This document shows positions 10,545 through 21,166 of a DNA stretch of 64,000 nucleotides, one piece after another. Each line of letters opens with the position of its first letter. The first letter of the stretch is position 1. This DNA is from Perkinsela sp. CCAP 1560/9 (Eukaryota; Protista; Euglenozoa: Kinetoplastea). Location: contig CBFFSA010000001.1 of assembly GCA_965644495.1 (NCBI GenBank), positions 124,001 through 188,000 of the forward strand, written 5' to 3'. The translations under genes and the position numbers were made by a program. The notes under the pieces are model-generated. The model worked only from the letters and a program-made list of their open reading frames with translations, did no database searches and was not told the origin of the DNA.

Positions 10545-12218
10545 ATGTCCTCCCTCCTCCTCCCTCTCCTCCTCCTCTCCTCCCTCCTCCTTCCCCCTCC
10601 CTCCCCCCTCCCCATTTCCCTCACGGACAACCCCCACACCCACACGACCGCTCCCACCACCCGTCGACACAAACCCCTCCCCCCTACCCTCCCCCCTACC
10701 ACCACGAAAACCACCACCACGACACGTCGTGTCGGTACGCTCCCCGGTCCACCCCCTTCCTCTTCCTCTTCTTCTTCTTCTTCCTCCCACCCCCCTCCCC
10801 GTCCCCTCCTGCACAAACCCCCCGACGCGCCCTTATTCCAGGAACGTTCCCGTCTCTCCACCCACCCCTCCGCGGCCCCAAGTCGGCTCACCCCGATCAC
10901 CCCCGTCCGTGGTCGGCACCCCTCCCCCTCTTCGTCCTCGATGCGTAGCTCCCGCTCTTCTTCTTCTTCATCGTCTTCCTCTTCCTCTTCCCCCCACACC
11001 ACCGAGGAGGATATCATTCACCATTTAGTAGAGCTACTCGATCTCAACCTTAGCCGCATCCAAGAGCCCTACAGCCCCTGGGAGGCCCCCTCCGGGGTCC
11101 CCATGCGCATTGACGTGTTCGACCGCAGCAGCTGGTGGGACCTGGTCGCGGGGCGACGGAAGGTGTGTGTGCCGCGACCGGTGCTGCTGAAGATCCGTTT
11201 ACAGAGACGCTCCGAGAATGGACACGTGACCTGGGCCGACCCGTTTGAGGAGCAGGGGGTGGAGGTGAACACGGGGAGGCTGCGACGGGAGTTGCACTGG
11301 TTCGCACGGAGCTGGAAGACGCGTGCGGAGGCGGTGCTGGGGGATTGGGTGACGGCGCTGGTCGCGGGGGCGGTACGGAAGTATATCCGGCATGCGTTTT
11401 TTACGGTTCACTCGGAGTGTTTGGCGTGTGATGTGCTGCAGCTGCAGTGGTTTCATCAGGATAGTGTGATTTTGATTAGTGACGTGGACGGGTCGCAGAT
11501 TACGGATGTGGCGAAGTTCACCAATGGGCTGTTTCCCCAGCTGGATGGGATGGATACCACAGCGGATGCCACCACTGTGAACAACTTCCTCCACATGTAC
11601 GAGACCGTGATGGCCGGAGACGCGATCCGGGACTTTCGCTATCCTGCCTCCCGGGTACCACGTCCCGCGCTGGACTACGTCTATGCCTTTAACGCGCTGT
11701 TCTCTTCCTTCACCGCAGGGGATGTGCCGCGTCCGGCGTATGAGGACGACACCCCGGCGGCGTACCTCCCGTTTGAGCCCACCCTGCTGCCGATTCAAGT
11801 CGACCACCCGGGGGCTGTGGACGTGTTATGGTGTCCCAGTCGGCCGCACCCTACCCCATGCAAAGGTGCACTCCCACTGAGCTATGCGGTCTACAACGAG
11901 GAGTGCTTCGTGCTGGTAGACACCGGGAAGGCTGAGGGGCTGGGGATCCTCCGGCACCAGACCGGGGAGGTGTTCAGCGTGCGTGAGCGAGGTCGGTTTC
12001 TCCAGCGGTACGGGGAGGAGCCGTGCGCGCTCACGATCACGGACCCCGCCAAGCAGGTCTACCACCTGTCGCTGGAGGAGGGTGCGATTCTGCATTGCCT
12101 CCCCGTCAGTGAGAGCCACACAACGGAGCCCTTCCAGGAGGTGGCTCAGGAATGGGTGTATAACAATGTGAAGTTTATGGGCGGAGGTATGTGTGCAGTA
12201 GGCATACGGGGGGACTAA
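10545..12218 (+). CDS. Hypothetical secreted protein with Pro/Thr/Ser low-complexity N-terminus
   Basis: ATG at 10545 followed by a hydrophobic leader (MSSLLLPLLLLSSLLL); long open frame with a globular-looking C-terminal part. Confidence 0.7.
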   Translation: MSSLLLPLLLLSSLLLPPPSPLPISLTDNPHTHTTAPTTRRHKPLPPTLPPTTTKTTTTTRRVGTLPGPPPSSSSSSSSSSHPPPRPLLHKPPDAPLFQERSRLSTHPSAAPSRLTPITPVRGRHPSPSSSSMRSSRSSSSSSSSSSSSPHTTEEDIIHHLVELLDLNLSRIQEPYSPWEAPSGVPMRIDVFDRSSWWDLVAGRRKVCVPRPVLLKIRLQRRSENGHVTWADPFEEQGVEVNTGRLRRELHWFARSWKTRAEAVLGDWVTALVAGAVRKYIRHAFFTVHSECLACDVLQLQWFHQDSVILISDVDGSQITDVAKFTNGLFPQLDGMDTTADATTVNNFLHMYETVMAGDAIRDFRYPASRVPRPALDYVYAFNALFSSFTAGDVPRPAYEDDTPAAYLPFEPTLLPIQVDHPGAVDVLWCPSRPHPTPCKGALPLSYAVYNEECFVLVDTGKAEGLGILRHQTGEVFSVRERGRFLQRYGEEPCALTITDPAKQVYHLSLEEGAILHCLPVSESHTTEPFQEVAQEWVYNNVKFMGGGMCAVGIRGD

Positions 12219-12534
12219 GTGTATGTGTGTGTTAGGATTCGAGACGATGTTATAGCGCGGCATTTATAGATTGGGAGCACTGTTTTGTTGTCACGTTCCA
12301 TGTTAAAATACCAAAACACTAACTAGCTCCTTACAGCATATATTTTTGTATTTAGTCGCTGAGCCGGATTATTCATTACGGAGTTTTGGCTCCCAGATGA
12401 GGTTTCATTTGTAGTGTTAGTTCTAGTAAAAAAGCTTCTGAAACTTTCAGTCAACAGTACTTATTCGTTTACACCATCTCAAAGGCTTTACACCTCTTCA
12501 CTTTACTTTGTTTTACTTTGCTTTACTTGGGATC

Positions 12535-13005
12535 ATGCCCTTAAACTATTTCCGTGGGATTAGGCTCTCCGGCGCGGCGTCAGAAGGAAGTGCTTCAGGC
12601 TCGCAGAACATTTCGAATTCCAATGCTTTGGCGGGAGACCATCAAGGTTCCGATTTTTCACGAGGTTCTGACTTTGACCAACGTTCCGAACGCAATTCCC
12701 CTTTCAAAACGGAAGTTGAGAGAAGTATGACTTCTGGTCTACTCACCCCAAGTGAGATAACATTTCTCTCTGATCAGTCTCGCCGCGGCTTGCTGAAAGG
12801 ACCCAATCCAGTACGACGATATCTCAAGTTGAGAGCCGATAATGAAAAACCGTCTGCGCACCCTTTCGCAGGTTCCACCTTTGAAAACAGTGCTCCACGA
12901 CCTGAGGAGTTTTCGCCTCCGCCTGAATCGTGGATGGACAGTTTTGATCGTGCTTCACCCGTTCCTATGCCTGGGGACGCTCGACGGCGGTCTGTATCGC
13001 ACTAG
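12535..13005 (+). CDS. Hypothetical protein (disordered)
   Basis: ORF on the coding strand between two genes; first ATG at 12535. Confidence 0.5.
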   Translation: MPLNYFRGIRLSGAASEGSASGSQNISNSNALAGDHQGSDFSRGSDFDQRSERNSPFKTEVERSMTSGLLTPSEITFLSDQSRRGLLKGPNPVRRYLKLRADNEKPSAHPFAGSTFENSAPRPEEFSPPPESWMDSFDRASPVPMPGDARRRSVSH

Positions 13006-13168
13006 TACAATTTACAAAAAATGGGGGTTTGTGTCCTCTGTAGTTCGTTTAGTGTGTTTGCTTAACACTTTTTTTGCTCTAATTGTATGAAAGCACCAAT
13101 TATCAAATCATTGTCTTATTGAAGTGTTTAATGTATTTTATTCTTCTCGCCTCTCGAGTCTTCACAAA

Positions 13169-14629
13169 ATGCCACTTGATATAAATCTCTTTCGCATTGA
13201 GAAAGGCGGCAATCCAAATCTCGTACGTGAAAGCCAACGTCGCCGATGGAGCAATGTTAAACTGGTGGATGAGGTCATTGAGCTTGATACCCAATGGAGA
13301 CACGCCCAGCACTCCCTCGAAGGCATGAACAAATCCGTTGGACTGTGCAGCAAGAAAATCGCAACCGAAATGAAAAAATCCAAGAACACAGCGCCCTCTC
13401 TTGAGTCCCTGACGCTCACAACCGAACCGATCGAGCTCCCCCACGAGCTCCTCGAGTCCTGTCGCACCGGGAAGCTCATGATGGACAGCCTTGACTCCTT
13501 GACGGTACCAAAACTCAAAGCCCTCTCCAAGCACATCTCGTCCCATCTCGTCCCACAGGAGATGGAGCGTGCGAAGACGCTTGAGGCGGCACGAGACCGC
13601 GTACTCGCAGCCATCGGGAATATTGTCCACGAGTTTGCCCCGGTCCACGAGAGTGAGGAGCACAACGCTGTGCTGCGCACCCGCGGGGACTGTACCACAC
13701 GTAAACCCCAGCACCATGTGGACCTCATGGAGGCGCTCGGGGTGATGGACTGCAGCGAGCGCGTCACCCGGATGTCCGGGGGCCGGGCCTACGTGCTCCA
13801 CGGGGATCTGGTGCTCCTCCATGTCGCGTTGCTGCATTACGGGATGAGTTTTCTGGCAAAACGGGGCTATATGCCGTTCTACCCGCCGGTTTTTATGACC
13901 AAGGAGTGTATGGGGGAGGTCGCCCAGTTGTCGGATTTTGACGAGCAGCTCTACAAAGTCACCGGGGAGGGGGAGGATAAATATCTGATTGCCACCTCCG
14001 AGCAACCGCTATGTGCGTACCACCGCAACCGGTGGTACAATGAGGAGGACCTGCGGGTCCCGAAACGGTATGCGGGTTACTCCTCGTGTTACCGTAAAGA
14101 GGCCGGCAGTCACGGCCGCGACACCCTTGGTATCTTTCGTGTGCACCAGTTTGATAAAATCGAGCAGTTTGTGGTGTGTAGTCCCCGGGATGAAATCTCG
14201 TGGGCCGTCCATGAGGAGATGATGAAATGTGCGGAGGAGTTTTACACGAGTCTTGGGATTCCCTACCGGGTGGTGGATATAGCCTCCGGCGCGCTGAACA
14301 ACGCCGCTGCCCGGAAGTGGGATCTTGAGGCGTGGTTTCCTGGAAGTGGCAAGTTTCGTGAGCTTGTGAGTTGTTCAAACTGCACGGACTACCAGTCCCG
14401 TAGTATTGGGTGCCGGTATGGTCCCACCACCCGTGGGACACTGGCCTCCGCGCTGAAGGAACATCCACACATGCTCAACTCGACGCTTTGTGCAATACCA
14501 CGTACGATTTGTTGTCTTGTGGAGAATTATCAAACAGAGACTGGGGTGATGATACCAGAAGTGCTTCGTCCGTTCCTGCCCACTGTGAATGAAGAAATGA
14601 AATTCGTAACGAAAACGACGCAGGAATAG
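13169..14629 (+). CDS. SerRS: Seryl-tRNA synthetase (cytosolic type)
   Basis: MPLDINLFR...GGNP..VRESQRRR, YLIATSEQPL, CYRKEAGSHGRDTLGIFRVHQF, ELVSCSNCTDYQSR, HMLNSTLCA. Confidence 0.98.
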   Translation: MPLDINLFRIEKGGNPNLVRESQRRRWSNVKLVDEVIELDTQWRHAQHSLEGMNKSVGLCSKKIATEMKKSKNTAPSLESLTLTTEPIELPHELLESCRTGKLMMDSLDSLTVPKLKALSKHISSHLVPQEMERAKTLEAARDRVLAAIGNIVHEFAPVHESEEHNAVLRTRGDCTTRKPQHHVDLMEALGVMDCSERVTRMSGGRAYVLHGDLVLLHVALLHYGMSFLAKRGYMPFYPPVFMTKECMGEVAQLSDFDEQLYKVTGEGEDKYLIATSEQPLCAYHRNRWYNEEDLRVPKRYAGYSSCYRKEAGSHGRDTLGIFRVHQFDKIEQFVVCSPRDEISWAVHEEMMKCAEEFYTSLGIPYRVVDIASGALNNAAARKWDLEAWFPGSGKFRELVSCSNCTDYQSRSIGCRYGPTTRGTLASALKEHPHMLNSTLCAIPRTICCLVENYQTETGVMIPEVLRPFLPTVNEEMKFVTKTTQE

Positions 14630-14963
14630 ATGGTGCTTTACACTGCAATACTGGATCTAGAAGTTGCTGCAGATTCTAGATGCAGTCATGTTCGCAATTC
14701 AAAGATGTGAGTTGGGAATTCAGCTTGATACATTAAATTAAAGAAATAATCATAGCTGTCGTTCGACGTCGAATTCGACGTCGTTCGACGGTCGAAAGGT
14801 CGAAACATTTTGAGTGCTTGGGTGGTTTCTGAAAGAATTTTTTTTTAGCAGAATATATGTTTATAAAATGTTTAAAAAATGTATTTGCAATCAGTCTTCT
14901 ACTTTTTAGTGTTAAGTTACTTGTTTTTTCACAATACACACCTCTGTTCGAGGAAGGGGGCGC

Positions 14964-15539
14964 ATGATTCCTATCCGCGTACCTTCTCCCCCAGCTCTTT
15001 CATCAGATGCAATCGTGCCAACTTTAGCTGAAGCAAATTCTTCCGAATCTTTTTCATCTACTACTCCTTCAGTTACTTCGGTTCGTGCCAAGAGAACCAA
15101 TTTGGCGAAGAAGAATAGAACTGCCATGCAGCGAGATGCTTCCACGGAAGCAGCAGATGGTCCCACCCACAGCAGATTTGAAATTTCCGATAACGTTCCG
15201 TCAGGGAGTTATGTTCCTGTCTCAGTACGACGAGAGTGTACCGCGAGGCTCGAAGAGGAAATGTCGTCCTCTCCATCACAACAGGCAAGCTCTGTAAGGC
15301 AAGTAGTTCGAAAACAGCTTGTACAGGACCCAATGCGGTTTCCCCGTATTTTGACAAAATTCTTTCGTGAGCGCTGCTTGGGAATGGATACCCCGACTGG
15401 TAGAACGAAAGATTTGGAGAAGAAAAACAAAGAGTGTCGTGAATACGCCGAGAAATATCCTCGGTCCCATCACGTGAATAGGCCAGCGGACTCACATAAA
15501 ATGTCGCGACTGACCGTCGTGGAGTCATTCGCTCCATAA
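14964..15539 (+). CDS. Hypothetical protein
   Basis: ATG-started 191-aa ORF on the coding strand. Confidence 0.6.
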   Translation: MIPIRVPSPPALSSDAIVPTLAEANSSESFSSTTPSVTSVRAKRTNLAKKNRTAMQRDASTEAADGPTHSRFEISDNVPSGSYVPVSVRRECTARLEEEMSSSPSQQASSVRQVVRKQLVQDPMRFPRILTKFFRERCLGMDTPTGRTKDLEKKNKECREYAEKYPRSHHVNRPADSHKMSRLTVVESFAP

Positions 15540-16101
15540 CAACCATTACTATCACCATATCAATCACACTTGTTTAGTGCGCGAGGGACAGAGAATCGCA
15601 CCCGAACCGGAACTTTTTTCACTGACCCCGAACGACAATTCAATGAGTGTAAATGTTTTTGTCCGTCGCTGCGTTCCCTGTTTTGTGGCAAAGACGAACT
15701 TGTCATGCAAAGCAGCATACGCTTTACTTCGTAACTATGAACAATTACGCCCCAAGGGAGCAAATACTGAAGAAATTCTCAATGCACTTGGCAACAATCA
15801 CAGGATCATGCGTGATTGGGAGAAGGACTTGGCCAACGAAATATGGGAAAAAATGATTTCAAAAAGCGATATTATAATATTATTATTATAATACGAAAAT
15901 GACCTTCCGTTTTAGAAGAAATAGAACGAAAATTAGAGAGGTTATTTCGAACCTTTCATACATTTCTAAAAAGTATACGTAGTCCTACATTCTATCTATC
16001 GAGACGTGCATTGTAATGATTAATTACATGCCGGATATACTAGTACGTTTTCGTTTTTTACTTCCTCAGTTTTAATTATCAGTATCTATTTCCCTTGTTC
16101 A

Positions 16102-16293
16102 ATGCCTTCCAAACAAGGAGGAAAGCAGAAGCCCTTGAAACAACCCAAAAAACAAACGAATGAAGTAGACGATGATGATGTGGCATTTCAGAAGAAAAAA
16201 CAAGAGGAGGCAAAGAAAATTGCAGAGCTGGCTCAGAAGGTAAAGTCGAAGGGAGGTCCCCTTTCACAAGGAGGAATCAAAAAGAGTAAATAG
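16102..16293 (+). CDS. TMA7: Translation machinery-associated protein 7
   Basis: MPSKQGGKQKPLKQPKK...DDDDVAFQKKKQEE..K...GPL..GGIKKS. Confidence 0.93.
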   Translation: MPSKQGGKQKPLKQPKKQTNEVDDDDVAFQKKKQEEAKKIAELAQKVKSKGGPLSQGGIKKSK

Positions 16294-16661
16294 CTTTGTA
16301 CAATGCGCTATTACCCCATCAGACATATTGTGTGCCAGAGTATGATGAGCAATAGGTGTCATTTTGTCCTCTATAAAGGGTTGAGGTAGAATCTACGCCA
16401 CCTATTCGTTTGATGTATAGTTTGATGTTCCATATCGTATGCTTTGATTTTTACATTGTTTATGTACGTACAACACCATTCATAGGTATAAGCGCATTCC
16501 ACATAAATTTAATATCATTGCGCTATGTTATTTCATTGTTACCCCGTAAATTTATGCACACGAATGAGAAAAAGAGATAGGAATAGTATCAAACGCAGGA
16601 TTTTTGGATTATTTCTGCTTTTTAAGCATTCGGATATTTCAGAGACTTAATTTTTTCGTAA

Positions 16662-17207
16662 ATGGGAAACTCATCGAGCTCGGCTACTGCGGATGAGCAA
16701 AACAAGGATATAGTCGTTACCACAAGAACACACTCATCTCCTCTAGATGTACGTAATGATATTTCAATTCCTCGGCCTGATGTAACGCCGGACCGGAATA
16801 AGAGTCTAGCAACCTTAAGTGTTGGTCCTCAGATCGTTGCTCGGGAAGATCAAGCTGCGATTAACAAAGTAATTCAGAACATGGAAGGGCTTGATATTGG
16901 TCAGAGGCGACGGCGAGAACTTTCTGAACAGTGGAAATTTTACCTTGGTAGTGAACCTTTTCAGCGTGGAATTGACGCTGGACTGGTTCTAGGAGGTTTC
17001 GCTGTCGTAGGGATGTGTTTTTGGCCAAAAAACCGTGTACCCCAGCGTCTCATTCCGGTTTGGTGTGCGGGATTTGCGATCGGAATGATTTCATACCCGC
17101 TTTACATCATGTATAATGAAATAAATAATGAGGCACGCATGATGCATAGAGAAAAAACGATGTTTGCAAAACAGCGAGCGGAATACTTGGAAAAATTGAA
17201 ATCATAA
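16662..17207 (+). CDS. Hypothetical two-TM membrane protein with possible N-myristoylation (MGNSSS)
   Basis: Two hydrophobic segments and a C-terminal coiled region. Confidence 0.7.
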   Translation: MGNSSSSATADEQNKDIVVTTRTHSSPLDVRNDISIPRPDVTPDRNKSLATLSVGPQIVAREDQAAINKVIQNMEGLDIGQRRRRELSEQWKFYLGSEPFQRGIDAGLVLGGFAVVGMCFWPKNRVPQRLIPVWCAGFAIGMISYPLYIMYNEINNEARMMHREKTMFAKQRAEYLEKLKS

Positions 17208-17624
17208 CACTTATTGCGCTCTGACCCAGGATGTCTTTTTGGACTCCATTTCACCAAACAGTGTGGTAGCAACTATAACTCACATCTCATTAAGGAGTAA
17301 TAAGATTATAGGATTCTGGCACAAGGCAGTCTCCAGTCTTACGAAACATACCAAGCAGTGTATTATGTCAAGAAAGAGTCTTTTTAAATGTCTTTTTCCA
17401 GATTGCATACACTTCGTTTCGTCTAACCTATAGATTATGTAAGTCTTCTAATCCTATCTTATTAAGGTAGATACACGTAGATCATGTAGGCAGAGAAACA
17501 TGTAGGACAGGTAGACCTTGCATTTTTTTGTATATTTCAAATATACGAACAAAATATACAAACAATTCAAATATAACATTCGTACGTTTGTTGTAATTAC
17601 ATGGGTACCACTGTATAAGATATC

Positions 17625-18230
17625 ATGCCATACGAACACGTAGACCACACAGCAGACCTAATGTTGCACTGCTGGTCATATAATCTTGTCTCACTTTTGG
17701 AAGAATCAATACTATCCCTTTCCTCTGTGCTTCTGGGTGAATCCAGCGTACGTAACGTGACTATTTCGGACACTCATAGTAACGATAAACCTCAAGGTTT
17801 AGAGTTTAAAAGTACCTCACTGATTAAAGACATATTTTCTTCCGCACCTGATGAAACATCTATCTTGTACGATCTTCTTGAGCAATATTTGCACATATCC
17901 GCAACAAAAAGAGTAACCTGCTCCACTGTAAGAGTATTCCTTTTGGATAATATTATTGATTTACCTAAAAATACAAACAAGTCCTTTACTGATTTAGTTC
18001 AATCTCCCACTGACGTAAGTATCTCTCGACACAAATCGCAAATTCAGTGTGGCGCACGGTTATGGTGCATATCAAACAATGGAAATACTCCGGCTGGGGG
18101 CGAAGTCAAAGCGATAACAAAACACCGACTTGCTATATGGAAAGGCCCGAATACGTCCATACTAAATCGTACTGAGTTGATCACACCTTTAGAATCCTCG
18201 TATCACGCAACATTTGTTCTTGATGTATAA
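17625..18230 (+). CDS. Archease (RtcB tRNA-ligase cofactor)
   Basis: N-terminal YEHVDHTAD, EVKAITKH and C-terminal VLDV signature. Confidence 0.88.
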   Translation: MPYEHVDHTADLMLHCWSYNLVSLLEESILSLSSVLLGESSVRNVTISDTHSNDKPQGLEFKSTSLIKDIFSSAPDETSILYDLLEQYLHISATKRVTCSTVRVFLLDNIIDLPKNTNKSFTDLVQSPTDVSISRHKSQIQCGARLWCISNNGNTPAGGEVKAITKHRLAIWKGPNTSILNRTELITPLESSYHATFVLDV

Positions 18231-18396
18231 ATTTCAACCAGTTGTGTGTTTCCTTTATACGGCGTGTAATCCTTTATACGGCGAATCTTGCTCGTGTGTC
18301 CTTGTGTTTATATCGTATCTTCCTTCCGCCCGTATTTATTCCACAACGAATTGATATTTCGCACTCTTATTAAAAGTAACATTAAGGATTTATTTC

Positions 18397-20259
18397 ATGT
18401 CTGACGACGTAGAAACTCAAACGCCTGAGAAAAATCACGGCACCGAAGAAGCTGATGGGGATCGACGAAGCACACGCATACGGAGGGATGCAGTTTACTT
18501 TAGTCCGACGGCCGCGACACCAGTGCGCAAAGTGACGTATGAAGTCCCCGTAGACGGCAGTGGCGTACCTCTTAAAGTTTTCCCTGAATGGAAGAAAATA
18601 TTGCCTACAGATTGCACTCCTCTATACCGGATACTTGTTGGACGTCCCGGACTAAAGCAATCGCGAAAAAGAGAATTAATGAACTTCCGTGGCTTTCTGG
18701 GATCTAGTTCAACTAGAGGGATTACGGCTTCCCACTTAACTAAAGCGATTGAATCACAAACTCGTAAGGAACTTAAACCTATTCTAAAGACTTTCAGAAT
18801 TTTAGGGAAAACTGTAGCGGAGCAAAATCAACATTTGAGTGAGTTTTTGATGAGTCCTGTACTATCTCTTGATGCGCAAAAAAAGGAAAAGAGAACCGTG
18901 ACAAAGAAGAAAAGGAAAACTCGGAAAACCAATAAAAAGCTAAAAACTGTTTCCCGAATTAAAAGTGCCAAGGGACGATCTACGAAAACGCCCGCCAAGT
19001 CTGGCAAATCGGCCACAGCGAAGTCAAAGAAAACGGATACATCTCAAAAAAAGAAAGAACGTCCCACCAAACGAGGTAGAAGTGATAGCAAAAAGGAAGA
19101 GACACCACAGCCACCTGCCAAACGGCAACGCCAAGTTAAAGAAAAAAAGAGTGTGGTAGTTGAAGAAGTTATACCGCCTAATAATGAAATTCAGAACTTT
19201 ATAAGCACTATGATGCGTACTACCTCGGTTGAGGACGCCGAATCTCTTTCCCTAACGGCTGTCCGTTCTCGTATAGAGGCGCACTACAACCTTGCACAGG
19301 GCTCGCTCAAAGAGAAAGCCAATGAAATTCGTTCATTTATTGAACTTGCATTCGCAGAACTGGAAAAAATAGAGCATGGCGCAAGCGATTCTGCAACAAC
19401 CGCCGTGGCAATGCAAGAAATAGAAGAAGCAAGTCCTTTGAGTGAAACTCCGGCCGTAGAGCGAACTGTGGCGGAAGCCAGTGCTCCACCCGAGAAGACA
19501 CCGGAGTCCACTTCAGAAGAAATTGCATCATCTACTGTTGACAACATTATCGTAGCGCACCCACCCAGTACGCACTCCACTCCCATAAAGTCTCAAACAA
19601 AAGCGCCATCCGAACAGTCAACTCCGATTCGAGAGGCACCACTTACCCCCGAGCAAGCGCTCTCCGCACTGGCAACTCCCGCACGTGAAACGGCCACACC
19701 TGTGACAACTACTCCTTCACACCTCTCGAGTCCAGTGGTTCAGATCACTGCAGCTGTCACCCCGGAAACCACAAGCCGCAGGGCTCAAAGCACGGAGGCA
19801 CTCAGTTCGGTAAGTCCTGCGAAATCACCAGCTGCGTGTTCTCAACCGCTAGCCACTTCGGAGCCAACCGAAAGCGTTGTGGAAAACACGTCTGAGGTAT
19901 TAGGCGTTCCATCTGAAGCTGGACAGGATATGCAGGAAGAAGAAGTACAGAGCCGCTCTGGAGGGATGGCAGATCCTCTCAAGGAAGGAAAGGATGCCCC
20001 TGAGAATGCAGCGGTTGTGGATATAGCCGCGGTGAAGGTCAGTGTACCCGAGGTCAACGAGGAGAAAGCAATCCCACAAGAAGTAAGCACTCCCGTGGAG
20101 TTCACCCATGCTGTGACAGAAGAAACGACTCCTAACGAACCGTCTGATAGTGCAGATGAAGTCAATGTCTCAAAACCTCAGGTAGAGACGAGTACTCCAA
20201 CAGATTCCTCCCCTGAGAAATATCTTCCGGAAATTTATAGTCCAGACGAGGAAAATTAG
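18397..20259 (+). CDS. DEK-like chromatin protein with DEK-C domain and long S/T/P/E tail
   Basis: GSGVPLK...LYRILVGRPG....KRELMNFRGF (DEK core-like); PPNNEIQNFI...LSLTAVRSRIEAHY...LKEKANEIRSFI (DEK_C-like). Confidence 0.72.
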   Translation: MSDDVETQTPEKNHGTEEADGDRRSTRIRRDAVYFSPTAATPVRKVTYEVPVDGSGVPLKVFPEWKKILPTDCTPLYRILVGRPGLKQSRKRELMNFRGFLGSSSTRGITASHLTKAIESQTRKELKPILKTFRILGKTVAEQNQHLSEFLMSPVLSLDAQKKEKRTVTKKKRKTRKTNKKLKTVSRIKSAKGRSTKTPAKSGKSATAKSKKTDTSQKKKERPTKRGRSDSKKEETPQPPAKRQRQVKEKKSVVVEEVIPPNNEIQNFISTMMRTTSVEDAESLSLTAVRSRIEAHYNLAQGSLKEKANEIRSFIELAFAELEKIEHGASDSATTAVAMQEIEEASPLSETPAVERTVAEASAPPEKTPESTSEEIASSTVDNIIVAHPPSTHSTPIKSQTKAPSEQSTPIREAPLTPEQALSALATPARETATPVTTTPSHLSSPVVQITAAVTPETTSRRAQSTEALSSVSPAKSPAACSQPLATSEPTESVVENTSEVLGVPSEAGQDMQEEEVQSRSGGMADPLKEGKDAPENAAVVDIAAVKVSVPEVNEEKAIPQEVSTPVEFTHAVTEETTPNEPSDSADEVNVSKPQVETSTPTDSSPEKYLPEIYSPDEEN

Positions 20260-20819
20260 TCATCAATCTATGGTAGAATACCTTTGGATTTGAGAATTTC
20301 CGACATGCGGAATTGTGTCTATCAAAAATAATTTTAAGTATAAAGTTGTAGGAAGCGTGAGGATCACTGAGTATATCACAATACTTAGGTCTTTGTATAC
20401 AAAAATGTGTTCAAAGTACTCTTTGAACACAGCTGTAGCTTCCTAAAGTAGTTTTTTTAGCCAATATCTCTTTTGAAGGCTTTGTGAAGAATAGAGTGTG
20501 TATTAAATTTTGTCTTCAAAAAAATAGTTTGTATGGCATTAAAAATTCGGTTTTACAGAACGTTGTGTACACGCACTCCTCCTTTTTTAACTACTTTGCA
20601 ACTCACTTCAATGCGCACTCAACAGTAAAATAGTTCAGAATAGCATTTAACCTTGTGCTTCTATAGAGTAGGTTTTTAAATCCTACATGTGTATTCAAAA
20701 AAGTAGCGTTTTGCGGAGACATATTGTTTTGTATTTTTGTATTAATAAAAAAAATAACCTGTTGATCCATTCTTTTGATTTCCATCTCCTTACTAAAATT
20801 AATATACGGACAATAAATC

Positions 20820-21077
20820 ATGACATATATTTCCCAAGGCCGCCTCTCGGATTCACGACCTTGGTCGGTGGAAATCCATGATGGAATAGCGCTACTATTT
20901 TCTCTGGTAGCTCTTTTCCTTCAAACACTCTTCACCACTGCTCCGGTACGAGAGCACGTGGACAATTTTCGTCATCGAGGTCCCGGCGACAACTCAGATA
21001 ACAGGGCCCCAAGAGGACCGCGTATTTCCTGCCTACCGAAACCCGCACAGTTTGGTGGTGCCGGAGGCTGAGGATAG
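20820..21077 (+). CDS. SELENOK: Selenoprotein K (UGA 21069-21071 read as Sec; ends AGG-U-G-stop)
   Basis: MTYISQG...PWS...LFLQTLF...GP...RISCL...AGG-TGA-GGA-TAG mirrors SelK's C-terminal GGUG; downstream SECIS candidate. Confidence 0.9.
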
Positions 21078-21166
21078 GCGCAAGGTGAGACATCGTACTA
21101 TTTCATTATTTCCGCAGTGCTCACCTTGCGCTTCGTTCTTGCCATCTTTGGCGAAATCTGTTTACT

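Noticed and set aside
10397-11017. Multiple long overlapping ORFs on both strands over the C-rich tract
   Set aside because: Stop-codon depletion from extreme C/G skew; translations are homopolymeric shadows
13103-14468. 300-aa and other antisense ORFs over SerRS (similarly 28663-29340 and 55436-56428)
   Set aside because: Antisense shadows of GC3-rich coding sequence, with no motifs
14755-14805. TCGA-rich short palindromic cluster
   Set aside because: About 50 bp, single occurrence, no assignable structure
15577-15891. 104-aa ORF
   Set aside because: Short, non-ATG start, no recognisable motif
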